A stretch of DNA of 35,906 nucleotides, taken from an uncultured Gammaproteobacteria bacterium (lineage in GTDB: Bacteria; Patescibacteriota; Microgenomatia; CAZETR01; Amesbacteraceae). This document shows, piece by piece, positions 7,493 through 18,400 of this stretch. Under the pieces are notes generated by a model. It did not search any database. It saw only the letters and a list, made by a program, of their open reading frames with translations, and was not told the DNA's origin. The stretch's first letter is position 1; every line of letters starts with the position of its first letter. The DNA is taken from the NCBI GenBank assembly GCA_964356705.1, contig CAYHIN010000005.1, positions 1-35,906 on the forward strand. The letters are read 5' to 3'. Both the position numbers and the translations under genes were made by a program.

Positions 7493-9730
7493 TTATATTT
7501 TAACCGATTTCAGTCTCAAAGAGTTGAGGACGACCGATACGCTACTCAGTCCCATAGCAGCTCCAGCGATAGCAGGATTTAGTAGTCCAAAAGCAGCCAG
7601 TGGAATCCCTACAATGTTATAGATAAAAGCCCAAAACAGATTTTGCTTGATCACTCTCATAGTAGATCTAGCCAGTTTTACCGCAGCCGGCAGTTTTGAG
7701 ATATGTCCACCCAAAAGAGTGATTCCCGCCGACTCAATTGCCACATCGGTCCCCGTTCCCATCGCCACTCCCACGTCAGCGGTAGCCAGAGCTGGAGCAT
7801 CATTTATCCCGTCTCCTACCATCGCCACCCGGTATCCCTCTTCTTGCAACTTTTTTATCTCGAGTGCTTTATCCCCCGGCAGCACTTCCGCGATCACTTT
7901 GTCTATCCCGACCAGATCAGCAATATATTTTGCCGTCCTCTTATTATCTCCCGTTAGCATTGCCACTTTTATTTTTAGTTTATGTAGACGGTCTACGGTT
8001 TCTTTAGCATCATCTTTGATAGTGTCCGCAATCCCCACATAACCCAGTATTTTCTTTTGAGTCATAAACACAACCGGCGTCTTTCCGAAAGAGACCATCT
8101 CGTCTATGATTTTTTCCTCAGTTCTAAGTCCCAGGTCCGAAACTAGTTTCAGGTTTCCAGCAAAATATTCTTCCTTCCCGATTACTCCTCGTAGACCCTT
8201 TCCTTCTATAGCCGAGAAATCTTTCACCTTTTGTAGTACCAATTTTTCTTTTTTTGCGCGGTCCACGACGGCTACCGCCAGCGGATGTTCAGACAACGCT
8301 TCCAGAGAAGCCAGTAGCTTCAAGAACTCTTTTTCCCCATCTTTTTCTATCGCCAAGATATCGATTACCTCAGGAGATCCTTTAGTGATTGTCCCGGTCT
8401 TGTCCATCACCACAAAATTTATTCCATCAAATTTTTCCAGACTTTCCGCATTTTTTATCAGTATTCCATTTTGCGCCGCCTTCCCCACTCCCACGATTAC
8501 AGCCGTAGGCGTAGCCAGCCCCATTGCACAAGGACACGCAATCACCAGAATTCCCACAAAAGATACTAGCCCCAAGACAGCGTTCCCAGTCAGGATCCAT
8601 ACCCCAAAAGTGATGACCGCCACGACCAGCACCACTGGCACAAATATTCCCGATACTAGGTCGGCAAGTTTCTCGATCGGAGCCTTTGACCCTTGCGCCT
8701 CTTCTACCATGCGGATGATCTGAGATAGCATCGTCTCCTCGCCCACTCGAGAAACCCTGATTTTTAGCGATCCATATTTATTAATAGTGGCTCCGATTAC
8801 AGAGTCCTCCGGCCCTTTATCTACCGGCATTGGTTCACCCGTTATCATGGACTCATCTATGGCAGATTTTCCTTCCATTATTACCCCATCCAGAGGTATC
8901 TTTCCTCCGGGTTTGACGAGGACCATCTCACCCACCTCGACACTATCTATTGGTACTTCCGTCTCGACCCCATCTCGTAAGACTATCGCATTTTTGGCTT
9001 GCAGTCCCAACAGTTTTTCTATTGCCTCACCTGTCTTCAGTTTTGACCTGGCTTCCAGATATTTACCTAGAGTGATAAATCCTATTACCACGATCGTCAC
9101 GTCATAATAATTTTGTTGAGTGTTCACAAGAGTTGATAACGATTCCTCAAAAGCCGTGACTACAAAACTGTACAAGTAGGCCACCGACGTCCCGATTCCC
9201 ACCAGTGTATCCATATTGGCGACTCTGTGTTTTACAAATCTTGCTACCCCTTTCAGATAAGGCAACCCTATTACGAATAGCGCGTATGTTGCGAGTATTG
9301 GTAGCAGGTGGTGAAAAAACTCCATCAGCATGTCTGGCATTTCCGGCCATAGTTTGAGTGGCTCGGCTCCTATTTCCCAGACCATGACCAGTACACTAAC
9401 CACGACCATTGGTATTACTATTTGTACGTGTTTTTTCAGCTTTGCCAACTCCAGCAGCTTTTGTTCCCGGACCGCGGTGTCCGACGACAATGGAGTCATC
9501 ATGTCGTGCCCTGCATGCATCGAGTTATCCATCATTTCATAACCCAAATCCGCAATCTCTTGGTTCATCTTTTCGACAGTTATTTTTTCCGGATCAAAGA
9601 CTAATTGTGCTTTTTCATTCCCATAGTTCACTTCACAAGACTCGACTCCAGGGAGTTTCCCCAACTTTTTTTGGATCACAGATGCGCACGATGCGCAGTG
9701 CATGCCTTTAATTGGTAGCGACAGCTTCAT
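7493..9730 (-). CDS. copA: Cu(I)-translocating P1B-1 ATPase
   Basis: GMHCASC HMA domain, TGE, CPC, DKTGT, HP, GDGIND, YN and MxxSS motifs. Start moved to ATG 9730 (MKLSLPIKGMHC). Confidence 0.95.
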   Translation of the reverse strand: MKLSLPIKGMHCASCASVIQKKLGKLPGVESCEVNYGNEKAQLVFDPEKITVEKMNQEIADLGYEMMDNSMHAGHDMMTPLSSDTAVREQKLLELAKLKKHVQIVIPMVVVSVLVMVWEIGAEPLKLWPEMPDMLMEFFHHLLPILATYALFVIGLPYLKGVARFVKHRVANMDTLVGIGTSVAYLYSFVVTAFEESLSTLVNTQQNYYDVTIVVIGFITLGKYLEARSKLKTGEAIEKLLGLQAKNAIVLRDGVETEVPIDSVEVGEMVLVKPGGKIPLDGVIMEGKSAIDESMITGEPMPVDKGPEDSVIGATINKYGSLKIRVSRVGEETMLSQIIRMVEEAQGSKAPIEKLADLVSGIFVPVVLVVAVITFGVWILTGNAVLGLVSFVGILVIACPCAMGLATPTAVIVGVGKAAQNGILIKNAESLEKFDGINFVVMDKTGTITKGSPEVIDILAIEKDGEKEFLKLLASLEALSEHPLAVAVVDRAKKEKLVLQKVKDFSAIEGKGLRGVIGKEEYFAGNLKLVSDLGLRTEEKIIDEMVSFGKTPVVFMTQKKILGYVGIADTIKDDAKETVDRLHKLKIKVAMLTGDNKRTAKYIADLVGIDKVIAEVLPGDKALEIKKLQEEGYRVAMVGDGINDAPALATADVGVAMGTGTDVAIESAGITLLGGHISKLPAAVKLARSTMRVIKQNLFWAFIYNIVGIPLAAFGLLNPAIAGAAMGLSSVSVVLNSLRLKSVKI

Positions 9731-9932
9731 ATCCCAATTTAGAAATAACCGTGGTAATTTTTTCAAAAGTTACTTTTTTTGGATCAAATTCGATTCTAGT
9801 AGTCTGCTTCACATAATCTGTTCTGGCCTCACATACCCCATCCAAATCCTCGAGGTCAAAATCGATGTTCATTGCACACGCCGTGCAGTGCATTCCATTT
9901 ACCTTCAGACAAATTGATTTATTAGATGACAT
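9708..9932 (-). CDS. copZ: Copper chaperone (HMA domain)
   Basis: 74 aa with GMHCTAC and C-terminal LGY, directly upstream of copA. Confidence 0.9.
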   Translation of the reverse strand: MSSNKSICLKVNGMHCTACAMNIDFDLEDLDGVCEARTDYVKQTTRIEFDPKKVTFEKITTVISKLGYEAVATN

Positions 9933-10899
9933 TTATTTCTCCTCTATACATTCCCATGCTACACATAAAAGCAATTGTTCCTGGGGAGTCGGGTGTGATC
10001 GTTATTTCTTCAGATTTCCCCACTGGAACTATTTTTTGGATCCCAAATGCCGGTATCGTAAATGCTTGTATACACCCCGCTCCGTTTTTATTTACTAGTT
10101 TAAGTTTCACCTCAGTCCCCGCTTTCACATTTACGGTTCTAGGTTCGGTCACGTATCCCGCTCTATCAAAAAATATCGTCGCCTCTGTTACTACCTCCCC
10201 ACCACTTTCCTGGACGTTGTTTGTACTCAAAAGCGTCTCAATAGTATACGGACTACCCATCAGAGCCAAAGCTCCATTCAGGTTATATAGCGCCACCAAA
10301 AAGATGGCGACAGCAGCAATCTTGTTAAAGTTCAGCTTGCCAGATCCACTCATCTTTCGCGTCACATATCCCAAAGCAAAAAACAGCGGTGTCGTTCCTA
10401 GTATAAAAGTAAACATCACGAGTGCTCCATTCCAAGCAGCTCCCGTAGATATCGCATAAGCCATCATGGCTTGTGTTGCCCCACACGGGATCAGGACAGT
10501 AAATAGTCCCAGGAGTGCCGGACCAAATACCGATTTACTTCTAGACTGATTTTTTATTATTCGGGCCAAAAACCTCGGCGGCTGGATCACAAAATATCTA
10601 AATACTGGATGTACATCTAGTAGATTCAACGCCGTCCCCACCATAAAGATGACCGCCAGTATTTGTAAAGCAGATCTCGCAGTCAATGAGAACTGAAATG
10701 CCGATCCCAGTGTTCCTAGTATCACTCCCAAGATTGTATAAGCGATAAGTCTCGCCCCCAAAAATGACAATATGGATATCACGTGATCTCCTTCTTCATT
10801 TTGGGTGGATATCGATGAAGCGAGTAACCCTCCTTGCACCGCCAGACACGTCAACCCTCCCGCAAATAGTCCAGTCACAAATATCGCAAAGAGATCCAT
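9922..10899 (-). CDS. DsbD_2/TauE-like membrane protein with C-terminal cupredoxin domain
   Basis: TCLAVQGG and PCG membrane Cys motifs. C-terminal GC...FMCSMGMYRG is a CupA-like cupredoxin signature. Confidence 0.85.
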   Translation of the reverse strand: MDLFAIFVTGLFAGGLTCLAVQGGLLASSISTQNEEGDHVISILSFLGARLIAYTILGVILGTLGSAFQFSLTARSALQILAVIFMVGTALNLLDVHPVFRYFVIQPPRFLARIIKNQSRSKSVFGPALLGLFTVLIPCGATQAMMAYAISTGAAWNGALVMFTFILGTTPLFFALGYVTRKMSGSGKLNFNKIAAVAIFLVALYNLNGALALMGSPYTIETLLSTNNVQESGGEVVTEATIFFDRAGYVTEPRTVNVKAGTEVKLKLVNKNGAGCIQAFTIPAFGIQKIVPVGKSEEITITPDSPGTIAFMCSMGMYRGEINVI

Positions 10900-10900
10900 A

Positions 10901-11176
10901 TCACGCGTCAGATTTTCTAAATATATTCATCACTTCCGCCACCGCTTGTGCCGTATCTCCTTCTTTTATCGCGTCAGCGACACATCCTTTCAGATGTTCT
11001 TCCAAGATCAAGTTGTCGATCTCTTTCAATGCTTTTTGCACTGCTTGAGATTGATGGATTACATTCACACAATACGCATCATCATCCACCATTTGTTGCA
11101 CTTTTTTCAGATGCCCCAAAGCGATCTTCAGCCTATGCGCGATTCTTTCTTTAGTGTCCTTCGGTCTGTATGCCAT
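10901..11176 (-). CDS. csoR: CsoR-family copper-sensing repressor
   Basis: RLK...GH, YC..V..Q..AV, HLKGC (Cys-His-Cys ligands). First gene of the cop operon. Confidence 0.9.
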   Translation of the reverse strand: MAYRPKDTKERIAHRLKIALGHLKKVQQMVDDDAYCVNVIHQSQAVQKALKEIDNLILEEHLKGCVADAIKEGDTAQAVAEVMNIFRKSDA

Positions 11177-11222
11177 ATCCCCTGTGTGGGGATATACTAA
11201 GTTTAAAAATCAATATTGTCAA
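11175..11222 (-). promoter_or_regulatory. cop operon promoter with CsoR-type operator
   Basis: TTGACA (11222-11217), 17 bp, TAGTAT (11199-11194). The perfect inverted repeat ATATCCCC-tgtgt-GGGGATAT (11175-11195) has the C/G tracts typical of CsoR operators. Confidence 0.8.
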
Positions 11223-11233
11223 TACTCGTTGCC

Positions 11234-11262
11234 TTGACAACCATTTTACACTTTGCCATGAT
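11234..11262 (+). promoter_or_regulatory. Divergent sigma70 promoter of DUF1761 gene (leaderless)
   Basis: TTGACA 11234-11239, 17 bp, (TGC)CATGAT 11257-11262, ATG 7 nt later. Confidence 0.65.
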
Positions 11263-11269
11263 CATTCAT

Positions 11270-11692
11270 ATGGTCCCTGTAAACTACCTCGCAGTTTTGG
11301 CTTGTGCTGTCCTCTCCATGATAATAGGCTCTATCTGGTACGGCCCACTCTTTGGCAAACCCTGGATGAAGCTCATGGGCATGACAAAAGAGAGCATGAA
11401 GGGTTTCAAGAGTTCCGATATGGCCAGACTCTACGGCATCCAGTTACTAGGCTCCCTCGTCATGGCCTTTGTTCTTTCCCACACCATCGTCTTTGCCATG
11501 TCATATTTGGATACATCTGGTGTTTCCGCCGGTCTTCAGACTGGTTTTTGGAACTGGTTGGGTTTTGTCGCTCCCGTTACACTCACCTCAGTTCTATGGG
11601 AGGGCAAGTCCTGGAATCTCTGGCTTCTCAACAATGCCTACTATCTAGTTCTCCTCTCCTCCATGGGCATCGTCCTCGCCCTCTGGATCTAA
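11270..11692 (+). CDS. DUF1761-family membrane protein
   Basis: VNYLAV...IGSIWYGPLFGKPW motif and four TM segments. Start reassigned to ATG 11270. Confidence 0.85.
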   Translation: MVPVNYLAVLACAVLSMIIGSIWYGPLFGKPWMKLMGMTKESMKGFKSSDMARLYGIQLLGSLVMAFVLSHTIVFAMSYLDTSGVSAGLQTGFWNWLGFVAPVTLTSVLWEGKSWNLWLLNNAYYLVLLSSMGIVLALWI

Positions 11693-11694
11693 AT

Positions 11695-11844
11695 ATGATC
11701 AAATCCAAGTGGACCATCTTTGGCCAAAAAGGCCAGCTGAAAAAAACTTACAAAACCATGGGTGAGCTGCAGACCAGAGTAAATCAACTAGAAGAAGAAA
11801 ATGCGACCCTCAAGGATCAAATGCGCCCGCTCGCCTCAGCCTAA
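11695..11844 (+). CDS. Small coiled-coil protein (49 aa)
   Basis: ATG 2 nt after the DUF1761 stop. Heptad pattern LQTRVNQLEEENATLKDQM. Confidence 0.5.
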   Translation: MIKSKWTIFGQKGQLKKTYKTMGELQTRVNQLEEENATLKDQMRPLASA

Positions 11845-12263
11845 GTCAGTTTTCTCTTCGCCTCCAGATAGGCTGACTCAATTAGTTTTTTCAGTACATC
11901 CATATCCACATCCGTAAGCTTACTTATATATAGGCAAGATCCAGAACTCGTTTTATGTTTACCAAGTTTACTCAACACATCTTTATGTCCCTCAAATCCG
12001 CTCATCAGATACAGCGTCAGATTCTGTTTGCGCGGTGAGAATCCCACTAGTGGCCAGTCCCCCTCTTGGGTACTTCGCTCAGATTTGTAGTGATACATCC
12101 CATATCCCACGATACTCGTCCCCCACATTTTTCCTTTCTCACCAGTTATTTTTTCAAACAATTTTAGAAGCTCAAATCCATCTTTTTTCTTGGATTCAGG
12201 TTCAATAGTTTCCAAAAACTCTTTTGGATCCTGATCAGTCAATTTTGTTTTCAGCTCCGCCAC
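11841..12263 (-). CDS. DUF1801 (YdhG-like) protein
   Basis: MWGTSIVGYG.YHY, GFSPRK.NL.LY and LGKHK...SCLYI motifs. Confidence 0.85.
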   Translation of the reverse strand: MAELKTKLTDQDPKEFLETIEPESKKKDGFELLKLFEKITGEKGKMWGTSIVGYGMYHYKSERSTQEGDWPLVGFSPRKQNLTLYLMSGFEGHKDVLSKLGKHKTSSGSCLYISKLTDVDMDVLKKLIESAYLEAKRKLT

Positions 12264-12267
12264 TTCC

Positions 12268-12567
12268 TCATCTCCACACCAGCATTAAAAGCATGGCTGT
12301 GAAAGTAATAACAGCAAATACTCCCACCGTATGCAAAAACAGTTTTACTCCTTCTTTCTTTTTGCCTTCAAAATACAGCATCCCCGGTTGGTACAAAAAC
12401 AGATATCCCATGACAGAGGCAGACAATGTCAGCATAGATAGGGCGAATATTGGGGCCATTATCGTATCATCCGGTTTTGCAAACTTGGTGATCGTCTGCA
12501 TTACGACTGCCACCGCAATCACATACGCCTCCACCAATACCGCATTCTTCACCGCATCCCTACTCAC
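12268..12567 (-). CDS. Small three-TM membrane protein
   Basis: Three hydrophobic segments, LSASVMGYL..P motif, own TGA-TATAGT-N6-GTG promoter. Confidence 0.75.
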   Translation of the reverse strand: MSRDAVKNAVLVEAYVIAVAVVMQTITKFAKPDDTIMAPIFALSMLTLSASVMGYLFLYQPGMLYFEGKKKEGVKLFLHTVGVFAVITFTAMLLMLVWR

Positions 12568-12586
12568 GCCTAAACTATATCACAAA

Positions 12587-12841
12587 TCACTTATCAGTCC
12601 TGTGTGGACACCCGATCCAGCAGCACGGTCTCCTCTTCCCTTTTTTCAGATCCACTTTCACTCTTTCCACATGTTGTTTTCTGGTCTCTTCTTTTTTGAC
12701 AAAAGTCACCCAGCATATCCACTCATTGCGCGCCAACGGCGTCAGACTCTCCCAAGCGGCAAGCACTTTTGCATCAGAGAAAATCTCTCTTAGGTCTGCC
12801 GGCACCTGATGTACTACTCCTCCCATCACAGTCTTAGCCAT
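12587..12841 (-). CDS. YdeI/OmpD-associated family protein
   Basis: VPADL...W..LTPLARNEWICWV...KKEETR...GKRRPCCW motif. Confidence 0.85.
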   Translation of the reverse strand: MAKTVMGGVVHQVPADLREIFSDAKVLAAWESLTPLARNEWICWVTFVKKEETRKQHVERVKVDLKKGKRRPCCWIGCPHRTDK

Positions 12842-12875
12842 AGGACTATTTTATCAAAAAAAATACTACTCAGTT

Positions 12876-14075
12876 TTACCGTGTATACAAAACTGCCTTT
12901 TTTGTAAATCCTGAGACTTCACCACATTCAGATCCAGAAAATACCTCCATTTTTAGCATTCCCATTTCTACCAGTTGATACATCACACATCCTACTGGTG
13001 AATACAGTTTTACTTTTAGATCCTTTGCCAGACTCATTCCATCCCATCTCTCTCCATCGCTTTTCAGATATCCATATTCAAAAAGTGTATATTTCACGAT
13101 TCCATCACCCGGTCCCACTACTTTCGGATCCAGATTATTGTCCCCTATTGCCAGCTGTCGAAATTTCCCCCCAAAGTTTCCAAACGAAGCTATGTATACC
13201 GCAGGATCAATATGATTTGGCACGATTGCCAAATGTGTCTGTGAATACCCATCCATTTTTTGACTCTTTGTTCCCCGGTATCCCTCAGTCCCTTCCAAAA
13301 ACCAGTTTCCAATTAGTTTTCCATCGATGTCATAGTCTATCTTGCCACTAACAGGATGTACCGTTCGTATATATTTAGACACAGCCAATTGTTTCAGTTC
13401 CTCCGTATAGTATTCCAATGGATCCACAGTATGTATTTTCCATCTCTCTTCCTTATAGCTCTCCGAATTTACAAACCCTGGCAGCACCACCTCGGTATCC
13501 CATACGGCAAAATCCAGTGTTTGTCCCCCAATTCGCCCGATTAGTTGCCCCGCTTTTACGGGGATATTCACACTTCGATTTGACCTTCCTTGTTTTACCT
13601 CTCCCGCCGCTTTCAAAATTTCCTCAGACAAGCTCGTGACTAAGTCATAATAATAAAACACTCGACAGCTCATCGAAAAAACCAATCGGTATTCTGTATA
13701 TTCAGGTTTTACTCGTGGTTCAATACTTACGAGTCTTGCGTCAGCCATGGCATACACTTCATATTTGTCTCGTGGTGAACGAAAAACCGTAGGCGAAAAA
13801 TACTGGTGATCTATCGGAGTCACATGATCGCCCACTACTAGTCCATACGGGATAATCATTGAAAAATCCTCATATTGCATTGGCAAATGAGTCAGCTTTA
13901 GTTTCTCCATTCCCTCACACTTCCCACCACTCAATTCCTTTCCTTTTGTCTCCGCCTCACTGCTCCCAGAGCTTATCATTTCCGAAATTTTAGTAACCGG
14001 ACTTTTGCCTGCGTACACTACTACTCCCATAATCACGAGTACTACTACTATTACTCCGATTACGATCCTACCCAT
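12876..14075 (-). CDS. Membrane-anchored secreted protein, possible M23/hybrid-motif-like domain
   Basis: N-terminal TM anchor. VYAMADA and VKAGQLIG segments recall the M23 fold; catalytic HxH is not evident. Confidence 0.7.
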   Translation of the reverse strand: MGRIVIGVIVVVLVIMGVVVYAGKSPVTKISEMISSGSSEAETKGKELSGGKCEGMEKLKLTHLPMQYEDFSMIIPYGLVVGDHVTPIDHQYFSPTVFRSPRDKYEVYAMADARLVSIEPRVKPEYTEYRLVFSMSCRVFYYYDLVTSLSEEILKAAGEVKQGRSNRSVNIPVKAGQLIGRIGGQTLDFAVWDTEVVLPGFVNSESYKEERWKIHTVDPLEYYTEELKQLAVSKYIRTVHPVSGKIDYDIDGKLIGNWFLEGTEGYRGTKSQKMDGYSQTHLAIVPNHIDPAVYIASFGNFGGKFRQLAIGDNNLDPKVVGPGDGIVKYTLFEYGYLKSDGERWDGMSLAKDLKVKLYSPVGCVMYQLVEMGMLKMEVFSGSECGEVSGFTKKAVLYTR

Positions 14076-14100
14076 ACAAACTAGTTTACCTCATTTGCTA

Positions 14101-14457
14101 TCATTCCAGACGTAGAATTTTCTCCATAGTCCTACCTTTCGCCAGCTCATCAATCAGTTTATCCAGATATCGCACCTCTCGCATCAGGGGATCTGTTATC
14201 TCTTCTATTCTCACCCCACAAATTACTCCCTTTATCTGTTTTCGCGCCGGATTAAGCTTGGGCGCCTTTGCAAAAAAAGTTTCAAAGTCTGTTTCTTTTT
14301 CCAGTTGCATCTCCAGCTCATTCTGAGAGTATCCCGTCAACCAGCGAATAATCTCGTCTACTTCTTCTTTCGTTCGTCCTTTCCTCTCGACTTTAGCAAT
14401 ATACAAAGGGTACACCCTCGCCACAGTCATCTTATAGATCCGGTCATTATTCTTCAT
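14101..14457 (-). CDS. DUF2200-family protein
   Basis: [29 protein letters not shown] and [13 protein letters not shown] motifs. Confidence 0.9.
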   Translation of the reverse strand: MKNNDRIYKMTVARVYPLYIAKVERKGRTKEEVDEIIRWLTGYSQNELEMQLEKETDFETFFAKAPKLNPARKQIKGVICGVRIEEITDPLMREVRYLDKLIDELAKGRTMEKILRLE

Positions 14458-14537
14458 ATCCTTTTATTGCGACGCGTAATACTCCGATCGTCAAATCGTG
14501 AGATGAAGCGTCAAGTTCGGACGAAGTCCGACAGCTT

Positions 14538-14566
14538 AAAATACCCCGACCGTCAGGTCGTGGGTA
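14538..14566 (-). terminator. Intrinsic terminator after DHFR-family gene
   Basis: Minus strand TACCCACGACC-tgac-GGTCGGGGTA followed by TTTT, 2 nt after the stop. Confidence 0.6.
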
Positions 14567-14568
14567 GT

Positions 14569-15162
14569 TTATTCCATTGATCCAGTCTTAACTTCCCCAT
14601 CTCGATGATAGTTAGCAAAGATCACTCCGCTTGGGGTAATGTTTGATTCAACTAGTTTAAACGAAGCAGGGATCGTCCCTTTCTCAAACAACCGTTTTCC
14701 AGCGCCAAGTGTAACAGGAAATATTTTCAGCCAAAATTCATCTATCAAATCAAATTCCATTAATGTCTGAGCAAGATTACCACTTCCATATACTTGTAGA
14801 TCGGGGCCATTTGAGTTCTTCAGCTTTTTTAATTCAGAGTTATCTTTTAGAACGACCGTGTTTTCCCAAGTGGGGTTTATTAAAGTTGTCGAGGCAACGT
14901 ATTTTGTGATTTTATTTACCTGGGGCCACACTTCAATGTGCTGCGGCCAATATCCCGCCCAGATGTCATAGGTTTTACGTCCCAGAAGCAGATCATATTC
15001 CCCGTTCATCTGCTTATCCATTTCTTTCCCCGACTCTTCATCGAAATAAGGAGCGGTCCACCCGCCGTATTCAAAGTCCCCCGAAGTGTCTTCCTCAGGT
15101 CCGCCGGGCGCCTGTATCACACCATCCAGAGTTATAAATTCAAGGACAATAATCTTTCTCAT
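14569..15162 (-). CDS. Dihydrofolate reductase/RibD C-terminal family protein
   Basis: ITLDGVIQAPGG, LLGRKTY, VYGSG.L and P..LGAGKRLF motifs. Confidence 0.9.
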   Translation of the reverse strand: MRKIIVLEFITLDGVIQAPGGPEEDTSGDFEYGGWTAPYFDEESGKEMDKQMNGEYDLLLGRKTYDIWAGYWPQHIEVWPQVNKITKYVASTTLINPTWENTVVLKDNSELKKLKNSNGPDLQVYGSGNLAQTLMEFDLIDEFWLKIFPVTLGAGKRLFEKGTIPASFKLVESNITPSGVIFANYHRDGEVKTGSME

Positions 15163-15191
15163 GTGGCTAGTGTAGCATGAGGATAATTTGT

Positions 15192-15412
15192 TTACACTGG
15201 CCTGCCGAAGTGCTCACCAGACAGAAAATTCTCAACCGTAGGTTCAAGTCCACGACGACGAATAGAGTGGATATTGTCCAATGGGACAAGATCTATCTCA
15301 TATCTAGGGCCAATAAACTTTGGATTACCATAACTATTGCTTCACCGAATTGTAAATTACCAGCAACCGATCTCAAAAACGCATCTGTTATCTCTCTATC
15401 CTCAATTCCCAC
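15192..15412 (-). pseudogene. Probable frameshifted small gene
   Basis: TGA-TAGAAT-N6-GTG at 15412 opens a 39-codon ORF (stop 15293). An overlapping frame runs on to TAA at 15192, so one extra base would give a 73-aa protein. Confidence 0.35.
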
Positions 15413-15481
15413 TCCCAGATTCTATCAAAGTCAGATTCGTTAGATTATCAATCCCAAGTTAGTATAAATCAGGGACGTATC

Positions 15482-18400
15482 CTACAATCCCACCGTAGGT
15501 GCAGCTGGTTCCTCGACTGGTGCAGCTGGCGCACTTTCTGTCGTAGGAGCCGAAGTAGGTTGTTCAGTTGATGTTTGAACTGATTCAACCGTCACAGTTA
15601 TTTCTGTCGCGGTGGTGACAGCCGGGATTTGTTCTACAGAAACTTCTGTTTTAACAGCGGCGATCTCTGTCTGAACAGACTGTGACAAAGTCTCTTCAAC
15701 TGGTGAAGGACTAGAGACCGGACTGGCAAAAATCTCTTCTTGAACTTGGCTAATCGTTTCTTGGAGTAAAGTTTGTTCCTGGGTAAGATTTTGAGACACC
15801 TCACTAGCAGTTTCCTCCAAAACCTGCTGAAATTCTTCCCCACCTACTTGATTAATTACTTTCGCGATCACTGAGCTTTCCTCAATTTGAGTGATGTATG
15901 TTTCCAAAATTTCCGGGCTAGTGACGGCAGTCTCTAATTCCTCCTGAATAATTTCAACCTCGGCTCTGATGGCCACATCAATTTGAGCATCGATAGCCGG
16001 AGGCGATTCTTCCTTGAGTTTGACCAGCGTCTCAATCACTTCAGGCGCAGGCTCGAGCGCTTGGGTAGGATTGTTTGTTACCGTTTCAATAAATTCACTC
16101 ACGATCTGCTCTTCTATCTGTTCAATCGTCTCAATAATCTCAGGTGTTGCCTGCGGTGTTTGCTCAATAATTTCCACCAATTCCTGGATGACTTCCACGT
16201 CACCAATCGTGCTCTTGCCTGTCTGGCTTTGATCGGAAATCAAATCACTTTCAAAAAGAGACTGGGGATTCTCAATAAATTCTTCCACGACTTCTTCTTC
16301 AATGATGGTCTTGATCTCCTCAATTTTCTGTTCAATTGGGGTGGCAACTGATTCCAAAGTACCAGGTGTTTCGACATGGTCTTCAATTTCGATAATAATT
16401 TTTAAGTCCTGGGGTTCGGTTCCTACAACCTCGGTAGCAAACTCCCGTAAAGTCAGGTCATCGGTAATACCAGAGACAATATCTACCAGATTTTCAACTG
16501 CCTCATTCTCCAGGTTGTAGGCCAAAGTCAATGTTTCTTTGTTTTCAAAAGACTCCTTGAGTTCTTCATACGCTTGATAGTGCCGCACTGGATTGCCTGG
16601 CATTCCATCGGCATAGGCGAGCAGTTCCCTCTCCCGTTCCTCTTTATCTATAGTCAAAAGGTTTGCTTCAAAGGCTTTGACCAAACGGATTTCTGAAGCT
16701 TCCAATACTTGACCAATCTTTTCCGGTTGGAAGCGTTTAATTTCAACCAAAAGCTCGATTGCTTTTAGCTCCTTAAACTTACTGCCACTGGCGCCATTAA
16801 CTGTTTGCTCGAGCTTGGCCACTAACACTTGTGCATTGCCACCTGAGAGTTGGAGCAATGTTTCAATGCCATCTTTCAAGATCTGTTGTCTGATTTTTTC
16901 TACCCGTACGTAATCAGCGCCATAGACATGGTCTTCGATCAGCCCAAACACGGTTTGCCTGGCCAAACCGTTTTTGATAATGGCATCAATCAGAAGGTCT
17001 ACCCGCTCGAGTTGCGGCTGTTGCCCCTCCTTCAGTTTTCCCGTGTTTGTTTTAAGGCGGTTAAAATCTTTTTCTATATTCAGGAGAGTTTCGAGCGCCA
17101 AATCTACGCTCTTTCGAGAGTCGCTTTTTTGTAGCAGCAACATAGCTTCCAATGTCCGCTCATTATTTTGCTTGATCAAAAGTTCGACTCGACTAAGCGA
17201 ATCAAAGGTCATGACAAGTTGCAAACGCCTACTCAAATGTTTAAGTGGATAAAGTGGGCTGTCAGGTAAAATTCGTGGTTTTTTGATATCGAGATCCGCA
17301 GCCGTAACACTAAAATCGAGTTTGACTTCCTCACTTTTTTGCCCATCCCTGATCCGAGCTTTGGCCGCCTGCACAATCGCGTGCTGGATATCATGCGACA
17401 GTGGCGCAATAGGAGCAAGAGATATCCCTTCGGGAGTTGTCAGCTGGGGAACATTTCTTGCGGACAACAATTTTTTCAACTCTTGCACTTCTTGACGAAT
17501 GTTCAGGGGCAATTGTTTTTCCAAATCAGTCTCACCTCGGCCGGCAAAGATCGACTGGGTAATTTGCTGCATGACTTCATAAAGTTGCTGTTTTTCAGCC
17601 AAAGCCACTTTTTGAACGACCTGTGCTTTTTTGGCCAAATTGTCATTGAAACTTCTGCCTTCGTATCTTTGAAATGTTTTGTTTACCGCTACAGTTTTGG
17701 TGATATATTGCTCATAATCAGTAAATATCTTAGGGTCGTTCACTTGGGACAGCAGATGTTCGGCACTGATGCCAGCGCTCGCCCTGATAGCTTTATCAAT
17801 GACAGCTCGCTGACCAGCTGGTACCTGCGTCCTCAAATTTTGCAAAATAACCATGCTTTGTGGATGCGAGATCAAAATTCGCACATCGGCATCAGTTGAA
17901 ACAGGGTTATAGGCAAGCTTCGACCGGGTCAAAAACTCACTACTACCAAGTTCTTTGATAAATCTATCCAAAGTCCTGTCTGCCTCTAGACTAAATTGTT
18001 GTTTGAAGTTAGTGGACACCTCCTCCGACGCAGCCACCATTGCATTCAAATTCTGTGTCAGGACTACATCCATCAGGTCAGTGGTGGACAGCTCTTCCGA
18101 TGTCATCTGTTCCAAAAAGCGCGCAATTTTGTTTTGCACACTAGTTTGCATTGTGGCCAATCTGGCAATTTTCTCTGTATCTTGGCCACTGTTAATTGCA
18201 ATCTGCATTTCGCCCAAAATCTTCAAGTCCTCTCGGTTCTTCATCACTCGATCGACATACGCATCAAGATCAGCTTGGTTATCGAGTTCAAAAATCCGCT
18301 CAGCCAACCGTTTCACTGCTACTTCTTTCAGACTATCGATACCCAAAATCATTTCCCGATCAGATAAAAAGTCTTTCATCCGCTCAAACGCTCGCGCTTG

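Noticed and set aside
4724-10459. Many + strand ORFs antisense to the nuclease, ABC and cop genes (likewise over rpoD, dnaG and the large protein)
   Set aside because: These are shadow ORFs of well-supported genes, with no motifs of their own.
11170-11694. 224-aa + strand ORF
   Set aside because: It is an alternative frame over the DUF1761 gene. Only its last 49 codons (from ATG 11695) look coding.
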